Below are positions 26,784 to 30,984 of a stretch of DNA of 30,984 nt, one piece after another. The translations under genes and the position numbers were made by a program. Each line of letters starts with the position of its first letter. Position 1 is the stretch's first letter. Origin of the DNA: Gemmatimonadota bacterium (GTDB taxonomy: Bacteria; Gemmatimonadota; Gemmatimonadetes; Gemmatimonadales; Gemmatimonadaceae); the NCBI GenBank assembly GCA_031372565.1, contig JANMLN010000035.1:1-30984 (forward strand), given 5' to 3'. Under the pieces are notes generated by a model. That model ran no database searches and was not told where the DNA came from. It saw only the letters and a program-made list of their open reading frames with translations.

Positions 26784-28007
26784 ATGAAGAACAACTGGCG
26801 CGTCGTCGCCCTGGTAAGCCTCGTCTCACTTGTTGCGTACCTGGTGCGCGCCGACGTCGCCGTTGCGCAAGAGCGCATGGCGCCCGCACTCGGACTGACC
26901 ATGGCCGACATGGGGGCGATCACGGCGTGGGCGTTCCAGCTCTCCTATGCGCTCCTGCAGGTGCCAGCCGGCATGTTCGGCGAGCGCTACGGCGTACGCG
27001 TCGCGTTGTCACTCGCCATGCTCGGCTGCAGCGCCGCATCGCTGATCACGGGACTGATGCCAGACGCGGGCGCGACGGGCACGCTGGTGATCACGCGCAT
27101 CGTGCTGGGGATCTCGCAGGCGGCGGTCTTCCCGGTCGCGGCCATGGCCGTGCAGGAGTACGTGGCGGTGACCGAGCGCGTACGGGCGAGCGCGTTCTAC
27201 ATCTCGAGCTCGGCGCTTGGCGCGGCGGTCGCGCCACTGCTCATGGCGCCCGTGATGGAGCAGTTCGGGTGGCGGGCCGTCTTCGTGCTCAGTGGCGTGC
27301 TTGGCGCCGCCGTCGCCGCCATCGCGTTCGCGTGGCTGCCGCGCCGACACGGTGCCACGGCGTCGCCGCCGGTCGTGCGCTTCGCTGATCACGTACGGGA
27401 CACGCTGCACTTGGCGGGCAACGCCAACCTGCGCCGACTCTCCCTCGCCTACCTGCTGCACTCCGCGGTGTACTTCGTGTTCGTGTTCTGGTTCTTCCGC
27501 TATCTCACCGAAGGACGGGGCTTCACGGTGCTCTCGAGCGGCGTGTGGGCCAGCCTCCCCAGTATCTCGGGATTCGTGCTGGCGCCCGTCATCGGCCTCG
27601 GTGCCGACCGGCTCGGGCGGCGGATCGGGACAGCGGAGTCGCGCCGCCGCGTCGCCGTTGGCTGCCTGGTGAGCGCAACGGCGTTCGTGATCGTGGGCGC
27701 CACGGTGCCCGGCGCCTTTCTGGCGATTGCCGCACTCAGCCTGTCGTCGGCGGGACTGAATGGCGCCGAAGCGCCGTTCTTCACGACGGCCACGGTGCTC
27801 GGTGCGCACAATCCCGGCGCATCGGCCGGGCTGCTCAACCTCATGGGCAACCTGGGCGGCGTCCTGTCGATCTGGCTGGTGCCCCGCATGTCGGCCGCGT
27901 GGGGGTGGAACGGCACCCTCATGTTCTGGGCCGGCGTCGCGTTCGTGGCGGCGCTGCTGTGGCTCACCGTCCGTGCGGACGACGGCGCGACGGTGGCGTC
28001 GGCGTAG
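26784..28007 (+). CDS. MFS transporter, anion:cation symporter (ACS/DgoT-like) type
   Basis: About 12 TM segments. YLVRADVAVA in TM1, YALLQVPAGMFGERYG, RIVLGISQAAVFP, ERVRASA, FGWRAVF and NLMGNLGG. Start inferred at ATG 26784. Confidence 0.85.
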   Translation: MKNNWRVVALVSLVSLVAYLVRADVAVAQERMAPALGLTMADMGAITAWAFQLSYALLQVPAGMFGERYGVRVALSLAMLGCSAASLITGLMPDAGATGTLVITRIVLGISQAAVFPVAAMAVQEYVAVTERVRASAFYISSSALGAAVAPLLMAPVMEQFGWRAVFVLSGVLGAAVAAIAFAWLPRRHGATASPPVVRFADHVRDTLHLAGNANLRRLSLAYLLHSAVYFVFVFWFFRYLTEGRGFTVLSSGVWASLPSISGFVLAPVIGLGADRLGRRIGTAESRRRVAVGCLVSATAFVIVGATVPGAFLAIAALSLSSAGLNGAEAPFFTTATVLGAHNPGASAGLLNLMGNLGGVLSIWLVPRMSAAWGWNGTLMFWAGVAFVAALLWLTVRADDGATVASA

Positions 28008-28041
28008 TCGTGGCGCGGGACCTTTGCACCGCGTGCGCGCG

Positions 28042-29385
28042 CTAGACGATCACGTCACGCGCGACCGCATCGAGTGCGCGCGTCAGTCGCGCGACGATCT
28101 CGTCGAGTTCCGGCTCCGTGACCACGAAGGGCGGGGCGAGGCAGACGACGTCGCCGTTCATCCCATCGACACCGCCCGCGTGCGGCCAACAGACGAGGCC
28201 CGCGGCGAGCGCGGCATCGTTGACCCGCTCGGCGATCTTGCGCGAGCGTGCGAATGGGGCGCGGGTCGTCGTGTCCTCCACCAGCTCGAGGCCAGCCAGC
28301 AGCCCGCGACCGCGTACGTCGCCCACGAGCGGATGCGTCCGCAGCGGTTCGAGCTTGGCATGCAGCAGCGTACCCATCGAGCGGCACCGCGCGAGCAGGT
28401 CGTGGTCGCGGATGTAGCGTACCGTCGCCAGGCCCGCCGCACACATCATCGGCGTGTGCGCATAGGTCTGCGCGTGCAGCATGCTTCCGGAGGACGCCGC
28501 GATGGGAGCCAGCACGCGCTCGCTCGTGACGACGGCAGCGAGCGGTGCGTACCCGCCGCTGATCCCCTTCCCCATCGTCATGATGTCAGGCACCGCTCCG
28601 TAGGGCTCGACCGCGGTCCAGCTTCCCGTACGGCCAGCCCCGACCAACACTTCGTCGGCAATCCAGAGCACATCGTGCCGCGTGCAGATCTCGCGGATCG
28701 TGCGCCAGTAGCCATCGCGCGGAACCGAGGCCCCCGTGGAGGACCCGCCCACCGTCTCCCCGATGAAGGCCGCGATGGTCTCGGCGCCCTCGCGTGCGAT
28801 GACGGCCTCGAGCAGCGTCCCGGTACACCGCGGGCAGTCCGCGGCGCCCGCGCAGTCACATCGATAGGCGTACGGCGCCGGCATCTGCACGATCGGCGTC
28901 ATCCAATCGCCGAACATGCTCCGATACGCGGGGCGCGCCCCCGCCGACAGCGCCAGCATCGTGTGCCCGTGGTACGCGGGAAAGAGCGCGATGATCTTGT
29001 GCTTCGTTGGCGTTCCGCGCTCCACCCAATGCTGTCTGGCCAGCTTGAGGGCGGCTTCCGTGGCGTCCGTTCCGCTCGTGAGGAACAGGAACTTGTCGAG
29101 GTCGCCGACCGAGAGCGCGGCCATCTCGGTGGCCAGCGCTTCGACCGGTTCGTTCGTGAACGAGACGCCGGTGACGTAGGCAACCTTTCGCATCTGCGCG
29201 GCAACCGCATCGGCGATTGCCGTCAAGCCGTGACCGATGTTGGCCACGTACGCCCCCCCGGATCCATCGAGGTAGTCCTTGCCAGTCTCGTCCCAGAGCG
29301 TGCTGCCCACGCCACGCACGATCAGGGGAAAGTCCCGGTCGAGCTTGCGATAGAGGACGGCCGAGTTCGGGTAGTGGTGGGGCAT
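28042..29385 (-). CDS. Class III PLP-dependent aminotransferase (BioA/YodT-like)
   Basis: YLDGSGG, NIGHG, SGTDATEAALKLARQ, YHGHT, AAFIGETVGG, IADEVLVGAGRTG, GKGISGGY (PLP Lys), DVRGRGLL and LAPPF. Start inferred at ATG 29385. Confidence 0.9.
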   Translation of the reverse strand: MPHHYPNSAVLYRKLDRDFPLIVRGVGSTLWDETGKDYLDGSGGAYVANIGHGLTAIADAVAAQMRKVAYVTGVSFTNEPVEALATEMAALSVGDLDKFLFLTSGTDATEAALKLARQHWVERGTPTKHKIIALFPAYHGHTMLALSAGARPAYRSMFGDWMTPIVQMPAPYAYRCDCAGAADCPRCTGTLLEAVIAREGAETIAAFIGETVGGSSTGASVPRDGYWRTIREICTRHDVLWIADEVLVGAGRTGSWTAVEPYGAVPDIMTMGKGISGGYAPLAAVVTSERVLAPIAASSGSMLHAQTYAHTPMMCAAGLATVRYIRDHDLLARCRSMGTLLHAKLEPLRTHPLVGDVRGRGLLAGLELVEDTTTRAPFARSRKIAERVNDAALAAGLVCWPHAGGVDGMNGDVVCLAPPFVVTEPELDEIVARLTRALDAVARDVIV

Positions 29386-29458
29386 GTCCAACGCTATCGC
29401 CCGCGGAGGCAATCGGCCATCGTGCCGGATCTCACGGGCCGCCCACCGCCTTCTGGCG

Positions 29459-29497
29459 AATGACAACGGGCGGGCGGCCACCGTGGCCACCCGCCCG
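29459..29497 (-). terminator. Intrinsic terminator downstream of groEL
   Basis: The minus strand reads CGGGCGGGTGGCCA-cgg-TGGCCGCCCGCCCG followed by TTGTCATT. The single mismatch forms a U.G wobble only on the minus strand. Confidence 0.7.
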
Positions 29498-29524
29498 CTG
29501 CTCACTGCGTGCTGCTGGTCTGGA

Positions 29525-30984
<1,460 letters not shown>

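Overview
High-GC bacterial chromosomal segment. Gene content and order suggest Gemmatimonadota, which is an inference and not a database result. The left part (1-12354) is housekeeping, with two operons driven from back-to-back sigma70-like promoters at about 8348-8417. The minus-strand operon is lipoprotein-serS-histidine kinase-pcrA/uvrD-gatC-gatA-gatB (gatB runs off the window). The plus-strand operon is Roadblock/MglB-like protein-single-domain response regulator-manC-GlmU-like protein-YycJ-like metallo-beta-lactamase-fold nuclease. The middle and right part (12442-29385) is accessory and rich in exported proteins: two PAL-like NHL beta-propellers, a Tat-exported PLP aminotransferase, a translationally coupled HupE/UreJ-cytochrome c-PQQ dehydrogenase operon, a PhyH dioxygenase + GT4 glycosyltransferase pair, a VPS10/BNR-repeat hydrolase, an S9 lipoprotein hydrolase, an ACS-type MFS transporter and a class III aminotransferase. 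groEL runs off the right end and carries unusual substitutions. The best candidate for an undescribed system is the periplasmic metal/PQQ redox module at 12442-20174. I saw no rRNA, tRNA, CRISPR array or mobile element.
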